The notes: generated by a model not told the origin, from the sequence alone. 64,000 nucleotides of DNA from Acidobacteriota bacterium (GCA_016195325.1 JACPZX010000030.1:103043-167042); one strand, 5' to 3'; numbered from the stretch's first letter, positions 46,967-57,050 are shown. Program-made: numbers and translations.

Positions 46967-47522
46967 CCGATCGCCTCCTGAACTACGTCTGCCTTCTCCC
47001 GCCGGCCCCTGCCCATGCCGCAGGAAGGATTATCGCCTTCCGTCCTTCGACCCGCGCGGACCCCGCGCGCATTCCGTGCCGCCCAGACCCGGCTTCTCGA
47101 AGCTCCAGTGTCGCTGATGCTGCGCGCGGCTGCCGTGGCGTCGCGCCTGTGGCCGACGCCGAGCGAGTGCGTATGATGCGGTCCGGCTCATTGCCGGATG
47201 GTTCGGTGCGGGCTCACCCCCCCCATCGGTCCTCGGGATAGTGCGGCGACATTCGTCTTCGATTTCCTCGACACGCGCGAAGGGGGATGAGTGCGTCGCG
47301 CGGGTGCCCCAGGATCAAGCCGACGGATGAAAGAACCGGACGAGCCCCGGATACACCGACAGTTGTGGAAATCATACTCCGGGTCTCAACCCTGTCAAGC
47401 AACTCTCTCAACGTTTTTTCGCCAGAGCATAAACCAAGCGTTTTCAGCTACATCACCGGCTCGACGCGGTCGGCGCGGCGAGTGCGGCGACACGGGCCGG
47501 GATTCCCGGGGTGAAGCGTCGC

Positions 47523-48596
47523 CTACAGGACGGTTCTTCCGATGGCGTGCAAAATTTCTTCATTCACCCGATTCCCGCCAACGACGACTCGCACCGAGCC
47601 GGGGACCTCGGCTCCGTCCCATCGCCCGCAGACCACCACAACCGGAATCCGTCGTCGACCCGCCCGCCGAATGACCTCGCGGACCACCTTCCCCCGGTCC
47701 GCCGTCGAGTCGAAGGCACCCTCGCCTGTGACGACGAGATCCGCCCCCGACAGACTCCGGTCAAGTCCGGTCCAATCCGCCAGAGCCCCCGGTCCCGGCA
47801 CCAGCCGACCGCCGCACAATGCGTGAAGCATGGCGCCGAGCCCGCCTGCCGCGCCGCCTCCCGGTAGATCCGCGACCCTGGCGCCCAGATCCCGCTCGAT
47901 GATCGAAGCGATATTTCGGAGACCGAGCGAAAGGGCGGCGACCTCGAGCGGCGAAGCCCCCTTCTGGGCCGCGAAGACCTCGGCAGCCCCGGCGGGGCCG
48001 ACCAGGGGATTGTCGACGTCGCAGAGCACCGTCAGACGCGGCGCCGCCGCGCTTCTCCCGCGGGACGCGGGCGGCTCGATCGATCTGAGCTTCGCGAGAT
48101 CTTCGCCGCACCCTTCGAGGGTCCCCCCTTCCTCCCCGATCAACCTGCAGCCAAGGGCCCTCGCGGCGCCCAACCCGCCATCGACGGTGGCCGATCCCCC
48201 GAGCCCCACCGCGATCGCGCTCGGCTCCATCGCGGCGACCGCCGCGACCACGGTGCCGAGACCATACGTGGTCGCCCGCATCGGGTTTCGGGCCCGAGGC
48301 GGGACGAGATCGAGCCCGCAGATCCGGGCCGACTCGATCACGATTGTCCCGTCCGGAAGCCTCAGGACCTCGGGGTGCCGCGTCTCCCCGAGCGGCCCCG
48401 TGGCGGCAAGGGCGAGCCTCTCGCCTCCCAGGGCCGAGAGCAGCACGTCGAGCGTCCCCTCCCCGCCGTCGGCCAGCGGATGGGAGATCACCTCGGCGCC
48501 GGGGTGCGCGGCCAGGATCCCCGCGCGGAGGTGGCGGCACACCTCGGCCGCGGTGAGGGTCCCCTTGAACTTGTCGGGGGCGAGCAGGACGCGCAC
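47523..48596 (-). CDS. Glycerate kinase (GarK/GlxK family).
   Basis: MRVLLAPDKFKGTLTAAEV...ADGGEGTLD..., the conserved glycerate kinase family N-terminus. 357 aa. Confidence 0.8.
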   Translation of the reverse strand: MRVLLAPDKFKGTLTAAEVCRHLRAGILAAHPGAEVISHPLADGGEGTLDVLLSALGGERLALAATGPLGETRHPEVLRLPDGTIVIESARICGLDLVPPRARNPMRATTYGLGTVVAAVAAMEPSAIAVGLGGSATVDGGLGAARALGCRLIGEEGGTLEGCGEDLAKLRSIEPPASRGRSAAAPRLTVLCDVDNPLVGPAGAAEVFAAQKGASPLEVAALSLGLRNIASIIERDLGARVADLPGGGAAGGLGAMLHALCGGRLVPGPGALADWTGLDRSLSGADLVVTGEGAFDSTADRGKVVREVIRRAGRRRIPVVVVCGRWDGAEVPGSVRVVVGGNRVNEEILHAIGRTVL

Positions 48597-48608
48597 TGCG
48601 GCCCGCTC

Positions 48609-49859
48609 TCAGTCTTCCTCGAGGCGCGCGCCCTTCGGGATCACGACGACGCCCTGGGGCGACGTGACGAAGCGGCGGGCGTCCTCGACAGCGTCGTGCC
48701 CCACGGTGTATCCGGCGGGCACGACCACGTTCTTGTCGATGATGGCGCGCCGGATCCGCGCGCTGCGCCCGACCTCGACCCCGTCCATCAGGATCGAGTC
48801 CTCGACCTGCGCGAACGAGTTGATGCGGACCCTGGGGCTGAGGATCGATCGCCTCACCAGCCCGCCGCTGATGATGACCCCCGGGGAGACGAGGGAGTCG
48901 AGCGCCTCTCCCCGCCGCCCGCCCTCCTCCGCCGACTGGGCGAAGACCATCTTGGCCGGGGGATGGGAGCCCATGTACGTGCGGATGGGCCACGAGCGAT
49001 CGTAGAGGTTGAAGACGGGCTCGACCGCCACGAGATCCATGCTGGCCTCGTAGTAGGAGTCCACCGTCCCGATGTCGCGCCAGTACTTGATGCTCTTCCG
49101 GTTCTCGTCGGCGAAGCGGAAGGCGTGGACCTTCCCCTGGGGCACCATCGAGGGGATGATGTTCCTGCCGAAGTCGTGATGCGTGTCGCTCCGCTTCGCG
49201 TCGTCCACGATGGCCCGCACCAGCGCCCCGGTGTCGAAGACGTACACGCCCATGTTGATGAGAGCGATGTCGCTCCGGCCGGGCACCGGAACGGGGTGCT
49301 CCGGCTTTTCGGCGAACCCGACGATGCGATCCGACCCGTCGACCTGCAGGACCCCGAACGACGACGCCTGCGCCAAGTCCGTCTCGACCGCGGCCACGGT
49401 GAGCGCGGCCGCGTTCTCGATGTGCGCGGCGATCATCTCCGCGTAGTCCATCTTGTAGAGGTGGTCCCCCGAGAGGATGAGCACGCGCGCGGGGCGCTCG
49501 TCCTCGAGGAGGTTGAGGTTCTGGTAGATGGCGTCGGCCGTGCCGAGATACCAGCGGTCCCCCATCCGGAGCTGCGGCGGCACGGTGTAGAGGTAGTCGC
49601 CGAACTCCGCGTCGAACTTGTCCCAGCCCATCTTCAGGTGACGGTCGAGCGAGTGGGACTTGTACTGCGTGAGGACGAAGATCCGGCGGAGGTCCGAGTT
49701 GATGCAGTTCGAGAGCGTGAAGTCGATGATGCGGTAGATCCCGCCGAACGGAACCGCCGGCTTGCTCCGCTCCTTCGTCAGAGGGTAGAGGCGCTCCCCC
49801 TGCCCTCCCGCGAGGATCATCACGAGCGTGTCGTGGAGGAACTGGCGCGTCAACGGCAC
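48609..49859 (-). CDS. glgC: Glucose-1-phosphate adenylyltransferase.
   Basis: ILAGGQGERLYPLT, PAVPFGG, LTQYKSHSL, GTADA. 416 aa. Confidence 0.85.
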   Translation of the reverse strand: MPLTRQFLHDTLVMILAGGQGERLYPLTKERSKPAVPFGGIYRIIDFTLSNCINSDLRRIFVLTQYKSHSLDRHLKMGWDKFDAEFGDYLYTVPPQLRMGDRWYLGTADAIYQNLNLLEDERPARVLILSGDHLYKMDYAEMIAAHIENAAALTVAAVETDLAQASSFGVLQVDGSDRIVGFAEKPEHPVPVPGRSDIALINMGVYVFDTGALVRAIVDDAKRSDTHHDFGRNIIPSMVPQGKVHAFRFADENRKSIKYWRDIGTVDSYYEASMDLVAVEPVFNLYDRSWPIRTYMGSHPPAKMVFAQSAEEGGRRGEALDSLVSPGVIISGGLVRRSILSPRVRINSFAQVEDSILMDGVEVGRSARIRRAIIDKNVVVPAGYTVGHDAVEDARRFVTSPQGVVVIPKGARLEED

Positions 49860-49872
49860 GGGTGTCTCCGCA

Positions 49873-50370
49873 TCACGAGGGCCGCCGCCCCGGCGTCCGA
49901 GGCAGCGCCGGCCGCACCTCGGCGAGGAAGAGCCCCGCCGCGAGGACGACGACGAGCGCCGCCGCCGTCATCGTGCGCCGGCGCGCGATGCCCGCGTTCT
50001 CCGCGGCGACGGGCAGCGCCCTGTCGAGGTCGATCCGATCGTTGATGAGATCCCCGCGCGTCTGGGTCACCTTCTGCAGGCATGAGGACTCCCGCTTCGT
50101 CGGAAACGCCGGCCGCTCCATCGGAAACTTCCGGAGCGCCACTTCGTCGCTGAAAGGCCGGAGCCCGCACTCGGCGGCGACCCCGTCCGCGGCGACGCGG
50201 TCGGCCTCGACGCGGGCCCGCGACTCCCCGGCACGCTGGTCGGATCCTGCCGCGAGCGCGCGCCACGACAGCGCGCTCCAGACGCTGCCGGCCGTGACGA
50301 GCGCGACGACCCCATGATACGCCCAGCGCTTCACCCGCGCCGCCGGCAGATCGCGCGTGCGGACCGTCAT
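49873..50370 (-). CDS. Hypothetical protein with a C-terminal TM helix. The ATG overlaps the upstream response-regulator stop as ATGA.
   Basis: Trimmed from ORF 49873..50661 to ATG 50370 (MTVRTRDLPAARVKRWAYHGVVALVTAG...). The upstream part of the track ORF overlaps the RR gene in another frame. No family recognised. Confidence 0.4.
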   Translation of the reverse strand: MTVRTRDLPAARVKRWAYHGVVALVTAGSVWSALSWRALAAGSDQRAGESRARVEADRVAADGVAAECGLRPFSDEVALRKFPMERPAFPTKRESSCLQKVTQTRGDLINDRIDLDRALPVAAENAGIARRRTMTAAALVVVLAAGLFLAEVRPALPRTPGRRPS

Positions 50371-50738
50371 GGACGCTTCAGCCGCTCCTCGAGGATGGCG
50401 CGGATCTTCGTCTTCAGCTCGGTGAGATCGGACGACTTGATGACGTACGCGTCCGCCGACCACGAGAGGAACGATTCCTGGTACGACGAGTACGCCGAGT
50501 TGAGCACGACGGGGATCCCGTTGTCGCGGGCCAGGATGCGCGAGAGGGCCTCGATGCCGTCCATGCCCGGCATCTTGATGTCGAGCACGACGAGATCGGG
50601 GCGGCTCTGCTCCAGGATCTTCAGCGCCTCGCGCGCGTCCGCGGCCAGCACGACGCTCCACCCCTCCTCGCGCAGCTCCTTCTCGTAAAGCAGCCTGATG
50701 TTCCGCTCGTCATCGACGACAAGAATCGTGGGTGTCAC
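50367..50738 (-). CDS. Single-domain (CheY-like) response regulator.
   Basis: GTG start at 50738 overlapping the HK stop as GTGA. TILVVDDERNIRLLY...DLVVLDIKMPGMDG...VLNSAY. 123 aa. Confidence 0.75.
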   Translation of the reverse strand: MTPTILVVDDERNIRLLYEKELREEGWSVVLAADAREALKILEQSRPDLVVLDIKMPGMDGIEALSRILARDNGIPVVLNSAYSSYQESFLSWSADAYVIKSSDLTELKTKIRAILEERLKRP

Positions 50739-52228
50739 TCGGCGGTCTCCCGGTCCAGCGGCAGTCTGACATCGAACGTGGTCCCCTTCCCCTCGGCGCT
50801 CTCGAACCCGATCGTCCCGTTGTGCTGGACGACGATCTGCGAGGTGATCGCGAGCCCCAGCCCCGAGCCGGAGGGTTTCGTGGTGTAGAACGGTTTGAAG
50901 ATCCGCCGGTGGTCCGACGCCGGGATGCCGCATCCGGTGTCCGACACCCGAACGCTCACGTGGTTCGTGCCCCCGGTGGTCGTCAGCGTGAGCGTCCCCC
51001 CTTCGGGCATCGCCTGCACGGCGTTCTGGATCAGGTTCGTGAAGACCTGGTGGATCTGGTAGCGGCTCGCCTTGATCGCGGGGAGGTCGTCCATGAGCCT
51101 CAGGACCAGCGCGACATGCTTCTCCCCGAGGCCCCCCTCGAAGGGGCGAAGGCTCTGGCGCACGACGTCGTTCAGGTCGCACGGCTCGTAGTCGGTGCGC
51201 GGCGGCCGGACGTACTCGAGGATCTCCGAGACGATCGCCTCGAGCCGCCGGACCTCCTCGCGGATGATCTCGAGGTACTGCCGCTGGGGCGACTCGGGCG
51301 GCGTCTCGCGCATCAGCGTGTTGGCGAAGCCGCCGATCGTGACGAGAGGCGTGCGGATCTCGTGCGCCACGCGCGCCGACATCTCGCCGATCGCCGAGAG
51401 CTTCTCGAGCGCGATGAGCCGCTCCTGGTTCCGGCGGATGTTTCCGTTGGCCTCCTTGAGCTCGTCCACCGTCTTGCGCAGCGCGGCCTCGAGGCGCATC
51501 CGCTCCGAGATGTCCCGGTAGATGACGGAGCGGCCGGCGGCCCGCCCCGACTCGTCGGCCAGCGGGGTGACGGTCAGCTCCACGGGGATCGGCTTGCCTC
51601 CCTTCGCCATCCGGACCGTCTCGTACCCGCGCACGAATCCGTCGCGCGCCATCAGGTGATCGATGCGCGCGATGTCCCCGCGCTCGCGGACGTCCTGGGG
51701 GACGAGCAGCGCGTCGTACGGCTTTCCCAGGGCCTCGGCGGCGAGGTACCCGAACATCAGCCGTGCGCCGTCGTTCCACTGCCTTATCGTCCCGTCGTTG
51801 TCGAGGCTCACGAACGCGTCGGCGGAGTCCTCCGCGGCGCGGGTCAGGTACAGGTCGCGCTCGAGGCGCGCCGCGTCCTTCCTGACGCGCTCCGTGCACT
51901 CGACGAGGATGCCGAGTCGGCGGTCCCCCGGCCAGGGGGCCGTGACGAGGCTGAAGAACCTTGGCGGCTCGCCGTTGAGCCGGACGAGCCTCTCGACCCC
52001 GGGCCGCGGCCACCCCGGACGTCCCGGCGCGCCGCGGGTCCCCCACCCTCCGGCGAAGATGTCGTCGAGGGTGCGGGCCGGGATCGCGTGGAGCGCCTCG
52101 GCGAGCGCCGCGTTGACGAACTGCAGCTCGCCGCGCCGGCCGGCGACGAACAGCGCGATGCCGGCGGCGGCGAGACTCTCGCCGATCGCCTCGACCTCGG
52201 AAGCCCGACTCGCCTCGCTCACGCTCAC
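50735..52228 (-). CDS. PAS-domain sensor histidine kinase.
   Basis: Two PAS-like modules, H-box (ARVAHEIRTPLVTIGGFANTL), N/G boxes (NLIQNAVQAM, DTGCGI, GSGLGLAI). Confidence 0.8.
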   Translation of the reverse strand: MSVSEASRASEVEAIGESLAAAGIALFVAGRRGELQFVNAALAEALHAIPARTLDDIFAGGWGTRGAPGRPGWPRPGVERLVRLNGEPPRFFSLVTAPWPGDRRLGILVECTERVRKDAARLERDLYLTRAAEDSADAFVSLDNDGTIRQWNDGARLMFGYLAAEALGKPYDALLVPQDVRERGDIARIDHLMARDGFVRGYETVRMAKGGKPIPVELTVTPLADESGRAAGRSVIYRDISERMRLEAALRKTVDELKEANGNIRRNQERLIALEKLSAIGEMSARVAHEIRTPLVTIGGFANTLMRETPPESPQRQYLEIIREEVRRLEAIVSEILEYVRPPRTDYEPCDLNDVVRQSLRPFEGGLGEKHVALVLRLMDDLPAIKASRYQIHQVFTNLIQNAVQAMPEGGTLTLTTTGGTNHVSVRVSDTGCGIPASDHRRIFKPFYTTKPSGSGLGLAITSQIVVQHNGTIGFESAEGKGTTFDVRLPLDRETAE

Positions 52229-52256
52229 GCCCGCCGTCCGGAGGTCCCGCTACCCG

Positions 52257-53741
52257 CTAGACCAGCGCCCTCGTCGCCGCCCGGGCCACGGCGCGCTGGT
52301 AGACCTGCTCGTAAGCCGAAGCCGATCGCGCCCAGGTGAAATCACGCTCCATGCCCCGCTTCACGATCGCGGCCCAGCGCGATCGATCCTTGAACGCCCT
52401 GACCGAGCGCGTCACGGCGTCGAGCATCGCCTCAGGCGTGTAGTCGGTGAACGAGAAGCCGTCCCCCGCCGCGCCCTTCGCGTCCGCGTCCACCACGCTG
52501 TCGGCGAGGCCCCCCGTCGCCCGCACGACCGGCACGGTGCCGTAGCGGAGCGAGTACATCTGGTTCAGGCCGCACGGCTCGTACCTCGAGGGCATGAGGA
52601 ACGAGTCGGCCCCCGCCTCGATCAGGTGCGCGAGATCCTCGCTGAACCCGAACTTCACGGTGACCTTCGCGGGCCACCGGGCCGCGGCCTCGGTGAGCAT
52701 CCTGTGAAACCTCTCCTGGCCCGTCCCGAGCACCGCGAGCTGGACGTGGAGGCCCATCAGCCGCTCCATGGCGGCCTCGATGAGGTCGAGCCCCTTCTGC
52801 TCGGCGAGCCTCGTCACGATCCCGATCAGCATCGCCCCCCCGATCGGCGCGAGCGACATCCGCTTCAGCAGCTCCTCGCGGCACGTCGACTTGCCCGCGG
52901 GGCTGGCCGCGGTGTAATGGACCGGAAGCGCGGGGTCCTTCGCGGGGTTCCAGACGTCGGGATCGATGCCGTTGAGGATGCCGACGAGGTCGGCTCCCTT
53001 CTCGCGCAGCACGCCGTCGAGCCCCTCCCCGCGCTCGGCGGTGCAGATCTCCCGGGCGTACGTCGGCGACACGGTGGTCACGACGTCGGCGAGGGTGATC
53101 CCCGTCTTCATGAAGTTCATCCTGTCGAAGAACTCGAACGGGCTCATCGGGTAGAAAGCTTCCATGGGGAACCCAGCGAGCGCCATCGTCCCCGGGGGGT
53201 AGATCCCCTGGTACCCGAGGTTGTGGATCGTGAAGACCGTCCCCACCCCCGCGAAGAACGGATCCTGCGCGAGGGTGCGCTTGAGGTAGGCGGGGACGAG
53301 CGCCGTGTGCTGATCGTGGCAGTGGATGACGTCCGGGCGGAAGCCCACCGTGCGCAGCGCCTCGAGCGCGGCCCGCTGGAAGAAGATGAACCGCTCCGCG
53401 CTGTCGGGATACCCCTCGCGCGTGTCCGGGTCGTCGTAGATCCCCTTCCGCCCGAAGTAGGCGTCGTTCTCGATGTAGTAGATTGAGGGGATCCCGGCCG
53501 GCTCGGAGGCCGAGAGCGCCGCCCTCACGATCCTCCCTGAGACCGGCACGTCGATCGACGAGGCCCCCGCCACGGGGTACGCGGGGTGCCGATCGGCCTT
53601 GATTGCGGCATAGCGCGGGAGGAAGACGCGGACGTCGTGCCCCCGCCGCCGCAGCTCGTCCGCGAGGCTCTGTGTCACGTCTCCGAGGCCGCCGACCTTC
53701 GCGATCGGGGCCATCTCGGCTGCGATGCAGGCGATCTTCAG
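52257..53741 (-). CDS. glgA: Glycogen synthase (GT5, ADP-glucose type). Start is either CTG at 53741 or ATG at 53714.
   Basis: KIACIAAEMAPIAKVGGLGDV matches the GlgA N-terminus (K[IV]L.[12 protein letters not shown]). Reading from the CTG at 53741 reproduces the family N-terminus; GAAGGAGG lies 7 nt upstream, and the CTG overlaps the galT stop as CTGA. The first ATG (53714) would delete the conserved KIACIAAE strand. Confidence 0.85.
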   Translation of the reverse strand: MKIACIAAEMAPIAKVGGLGDVTQSLADELRRRGHDVRVFLPRYAAIKADRHPAYPVAGASSIDVPVSGRIVRAALSASEPAGIPSIYYIENDAYFGRKGIYDDPDTREGYPDSAERFIFFQRAALEALRTVGFRPDVIHCHDQHTALVPAYLKRTLAQDPFFAGVGTVFTIHNLGYQGIYPPGTMALAGFPMEAFYPMSPFEFFDRMNFMKTGITLADVVTTVSPTYAREICTAERGEGLDGVLREKGADLVGILNGIDPDVWNPAKDPALPVHYTAASPAGKSTCREELLKRMSLAPIGGAMLIGIVTRLAEQKGLDLIEAAMERLMGLHVQLAVLGTGQERFHRMLTEAAARWPAKVTVKFGFSEDLAHLIEAGADSFLMPSRYEPCGLNQMYSLRYGTVPVVRATGGLADSVVDADAKGAAGDGFSFTDYTPEAMLDAVTRSVRAFKDRSRWAAIVKRGMERDFTWARSASAYEQVYQRAVARAATRALV

Positions 53742-54769
53742 GGCTGGACCTCCTTCAGGAACTTCGCGGCGTCCTCGGGCGCCGTCGGGTTGATGTAGAA
53801 GCCGGTCCCCCACTCGAATCCCGCCACCCGGGTGAGGCGCGGCAGGATCTCCACGTGCCAGTGGAAGTCGAACTGCAGGCTCTGCCAGTAGTGGGCCCGC
53901 TTGTGCGTCGTCTCGGTGTTGGGGGAGGTGTGGAAGACGAAGTTGTACGGCGGATCCTTGAGCGCCTTGCGGAGCCGCCCCAGAACGTCGCGCATGGCGC
54001 GCGCAAGGCCGACGACGTCGGCGTCGCTCGCGTCCGCGAAGTTGTGGAGGTGCTGCCTCGGCGCGAGCTGGATCTCGAACGGGAACCGGGAGGCGTAGGG
54101 CGCGAAAGCGATGAACTGATCGTCGAGGTAGACGATGCGCTTCCCCTCGTCGATCTCCTGCGCGATGATGTCGCAGAAGAGGCAGCGCTCCTTGATCTGA
54201 TGATGCTGCTTCGCCGAATCCAGCTCGACCGCGACCTGGAGCGGCGTCACCGGCGTCGCGATGATCTGCGTGTGCGGGTGCGCGAGGGAGGCCCCCGCGA
54301 TGGCGCCGTGGTTCCGGAAGATGAGGATGTACTTGAAGCGACGATCCTTCAGGAGGTCGCCCAGCCGATCGCGGTAGATGCCCACGACGGTCGCGAGCTG
54401 CTCGACGGGCATCTCGGCGAGATCCATCGCGTGGTCCGGCGTCTCGACGATGACCTCGTGGGCGCCGACCCCGCGCATCCGGTCGTAGATGCCGATCGCC
54501 TTCTTCTCGAGCCCCCCCTCGATCATGAGGGCGGGAAACTTGTTGGGGATGACGCGCACGTCCCAGCCGGGACCGTTCGCGGCCCCGCCGTTCCGGCGAA
54601 GGGCGAAGATCTCGGGAGGCGTCTTGTCCTCGTGCCCGGTGCAGAAGGGGCAGAAGCCCCCGCCGCCCATCTCGGCCGTCTCCTGGAGGAAGTCGGTGGG
54701 ACGCTTGCTCCGATCCGTGGCGATGATCACCCATCGCCGCTGGATCGGGTCGTGTCTCAGCTCGGTCAT
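53738..54769 (-). CDS. galT: Galactose-1-phosphate uridylyltransferase (HIT family).
   Basis: Zinc-binding CPFC, active-site HPHTQI. 343 aa. Confidence 0.8.
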   Translation of the reverse strand: MTELRHDPIQRRWVIIATDRSKRPTDFLQETAEMGGGGFCPFCTGHEDKTPPEIFALRRNGGAANGPGWDVRVIPNKFPALMIEGGLEKKAIGIYDRMRGVGAHEVIVETPDHAMDLAEMPVEQLATVVGIYRDRLGDLLKDRRFKYILIFRNHGAIAGASLAHPHTQIIATPVTPLQVAVELDSAKQHHQIKERCLFCDIIAQEIDEGKRIVYLDDQFIAFAPYASRFPFEIQLAPRQHLHNFADASDADVVGLARAMRDVLGRLRKALKDPPYNFVFHTSPNTETTHKRAHYWQSLQFDFHWHVEILPRLTRVAGFEWGTGFYINPTAPEDAAKFLKEVQP

Positions 54770-54839
54770 CTCGGAAGCCTCTCGTTGGGTGTGGAGTGCG
54801 GCGGCATGGCCGCCGCGGCGATGCGCGGTTCGGAGCGCC

Positions 54840-57050
54840 CTAAGCTAGTGCTTTTCCGTCCGGTCGGCTACTCCCCGCCGGGCCGGGAACGAGGTCCTCG
54901 ATCGCGATTTCGAGCGTCGTTTCCCCCCGCGCGAGCGACGCCAGAGGCCAGAGCGCGAGGAAGGCGGATCCCTGGTAGATCAGCTCGAAGCCGGACTCGC
55001 AGCGCGAGACTGATCTCACCGGATGGTGCCAGAGCGCGGCCGCGGGAGAGAGGCGCAGCGTCGCCCGGAAGCGCCGGTAGGTCTCCTCGATCCTCGCGAC
55101 CGTAACGGAGGATTCCGCCCAGGGACCGGCGAGATCGCGGGGGGCGCCCGCTCCGGCGGCGACGCGCGTCATCGACTCCACGAGCGACAGGTTCAGCTCC
55201 ACGCCGAAGAGAACGCCCCGCGCGGCGCCGGCGGCCTCCGGAGACGCGAGGGAGAAGGACGCCCGCACCGCCTCCCTGTCGGCGAAGATGTCGAACCTCT
55301 TGATCACCTCGATCGATGTCTCGACCGCGGGCGAGGAGGGGATTCTCAGGGCGACGCGCCGGCGCAGCGTGACGCTCACCGCCCGATCCCCACGGGAGAT
55401 CTCCACCGTCGGAGCCCCGTCGGCGCGCCCGAGGTCCGCGATCGCGACCGTCATGAGCTGCGCGGGCGTCGCGTCGGCCGGGAGGAACCTCTCGAGGAAG
55501 CTGCGCCGCTCCGCGGAATCGGCCACGAGGTGCTCGGGAAGATCCGGCGGCGCCTCGGGGCGCCGCTCGTGGATGTTGATGCGCCCGAATTCGGGCGCGG
55601 CGGCCGCGTGCCCCGCGGCCGCGGAGGCGCGCGACGCCTCCCGGGCCTCCTCGTGGTACGCCTCGGTCCGGCGCGTGAGCGTGCAGCCGAGCGTGAGCGG
55701 CCGCCGCGTGAAATCGAGGACCGACACCGCGCCGCCGCCGGCCGGCTCGATGAGGAGGCCCATCCGCGACGTCTCGATCGAGATCTCGGGGGCGTCCGCG
55801 TCATCCACGCTGGCGAGCTCCACCCGCACCCCCGTCGCGTCGGGGGCCGCGTCCCACGCGGCGGCGGCCGCGCGGGCGAGCTCGTCCTGGATGGCGCGCC
55901 GGATGTGAGGCAGGTAGAGGCCGCCGAAGAGGCCGTGCCAGTAGCCGCAGTTGCACTGCGATCGCCACAGGTGCCGCCTCGCGGGCGAGGGGACGCCGCG
56001 GCGCGCCGCCTCGCCGTCGAGAGCGTCGAGGCGGCGGCTGAGGGCGCGACCGCGCGCGACGCTGCGGCGCGACTCGGGGTAGCGCGCCAGGTACGAGCGG
56101 AAGAAGCCCCCCTTCACGAACGACCGCATCGGCTCCCACTCCCCCTTGTCCCGGAGGCGGTGGGCCATCTCCTCGAACCGGCGCCGCTTCCCGGGAGGAA
56201 GCGACCACTCCCCCATCTCGAAGTAGGAGCTCTCGGGGAGGTAGATCCGGCCTCGCGACGGCAGCGCGTCGCGCGCCTCGGCGAAGGTCGTCGTCAGCAG
56301 CCAGCCTTCCTCCTGCGCCTTCTCGAGCGCGGAGAGGAAGCGATCGAGCCAGCCGCCGCCGTGCACCCACTCCCAGGTGTCGGGCCACAGGCCGTACTTC
56401 TCGCCGTCGTCCATCATCACGACGACGTCGCCGCGCCCCCGGCGCTCGAAGAGGGCCCTCACCGTCTCCTCGGGCTCGCGGAACGGGATCAGGTAGCGCA
56501 GCTCCTCGCTGATCGGGAAGAGGCCGATCGACTCCCCGTCCTGCTCGGTGGTGTAGTAGCCGCCCACGGGATCCTCGTCGACCGATCCCAGGAAGTGGTA
56601 GTCGTCGAGGAGCGTGTACTCGACCCCGGCGCGCTTGAGATCGGCCGCGAGGCCCGGCTCCCAGACGCGCTCGGCGAGCCACATGCCCCGCGCCTTCGCG
56701 CCGAGCTTCTCGTCGATCCAGCGGGTGAGGCAGCGGATCTGCCCCTCGCGATCCGCCGGCGGGATCAGCGTCAGGATCGGCTCGTAGAATCCTCCGGAGA
56801 GGATCTCGATCTGGCCGCGCGCGGCGAGGCGCCGGAGCGCGTCGAGATGAGCGGGGCGCTCGGCCTCGAGCCACTCGAGGAGGCACCCCGAGTAGTGAGC
56901 CACCGCCCGGACCTTCGGGTGCCTCTCGAACGCGGCCAACAGCGGATCGTACGCCCGCTCCGCGGCCTTCGCGATCACCTCCGGAAAATTGCCGACCGGC
57001 TGATGATTGTGGATCCCGAAGATGAAGCGGACCGTCCCCTCGGGCTGCAT
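54840..57050 (-). CDS. Glycoside hydrolase family 57 enzyme (alpha-amylase / 4-alpha-glucanotransferase-like).
   Basis: GH57 N-terminal (beta/alpha)7 signature: FIFGIHNHQPVGNF, HYSGCLLEWL, GQIEILSGGFYEPIL, WLAERVWEP. Confidence 0.8.
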   Translation of the reverse strand: MQPEGTVRFIFGIHNHQPVGNFPEVIAKAAERAYDPLLAAFERHPKVRAVAHYSGCLLEWLEAERPAHLDALRRLAARGQIEILSGGFYEPILTLIPPADREGQIRCLTRWIDEKLGAKARGMWLAERVWEPGLAADLKRAGVEYTLLDDYHFLGSVDEDPVGGYYTTEQDGESIGLFPISEELRYLIPFREPEETVRALFERRGRGDVVVMMDDGEKYGLWPDTWEWVHGGGWLDRFLSALEKAQEEGWLLTTTFAEARDALPSRGRIYLPESSYFEMGEWSLPPGKRRRFEEMAHRLRDKGEWEPMRSFVKGGFFRSYLARYPESRRSVARGRALSRRLDALDGEAARRGVPSPARRHLWRSQCNCGYWHGLFGGLYLPHIRRAIQDELARAAAAAWDAAPDATGVRVELASVDDADAPEISIETSRMGLLIEPAGGGAVSVLDFTRRPLTLGCTLTRRTEAYHEEAREASRASAAAGHAAAAPEFGRINIHERRPEAPPDLPEHLVADSAERRSFLERFLPADATPAQLMTVAIADLGRADGAPTVEISRGDRAVSVTLRRRVALRIPSSPAVETSIEVIKRFDIFADREAVRASFSLASPEAAGAARGVLFGVELNLSLVESMTRVAAGAGAPRDLAGPWAESSVTVARIEETYRRFRATLRLSPAAALWHHPVRSVSRCESGFELIYQGSAFLALWPLASLARGETTLEIAIEDLVPGPAGSSRPDGKALA

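Noticed and set aside
49873-50661. Full 262-aa extent of the minus-strand ORF upstream of glgC
   Set aside because: The 5' 97 codons overlap the receiver-domain gene in another frame. Only the part from ATG 50370 (ATGA-coupled to the RR stop) is plausible.
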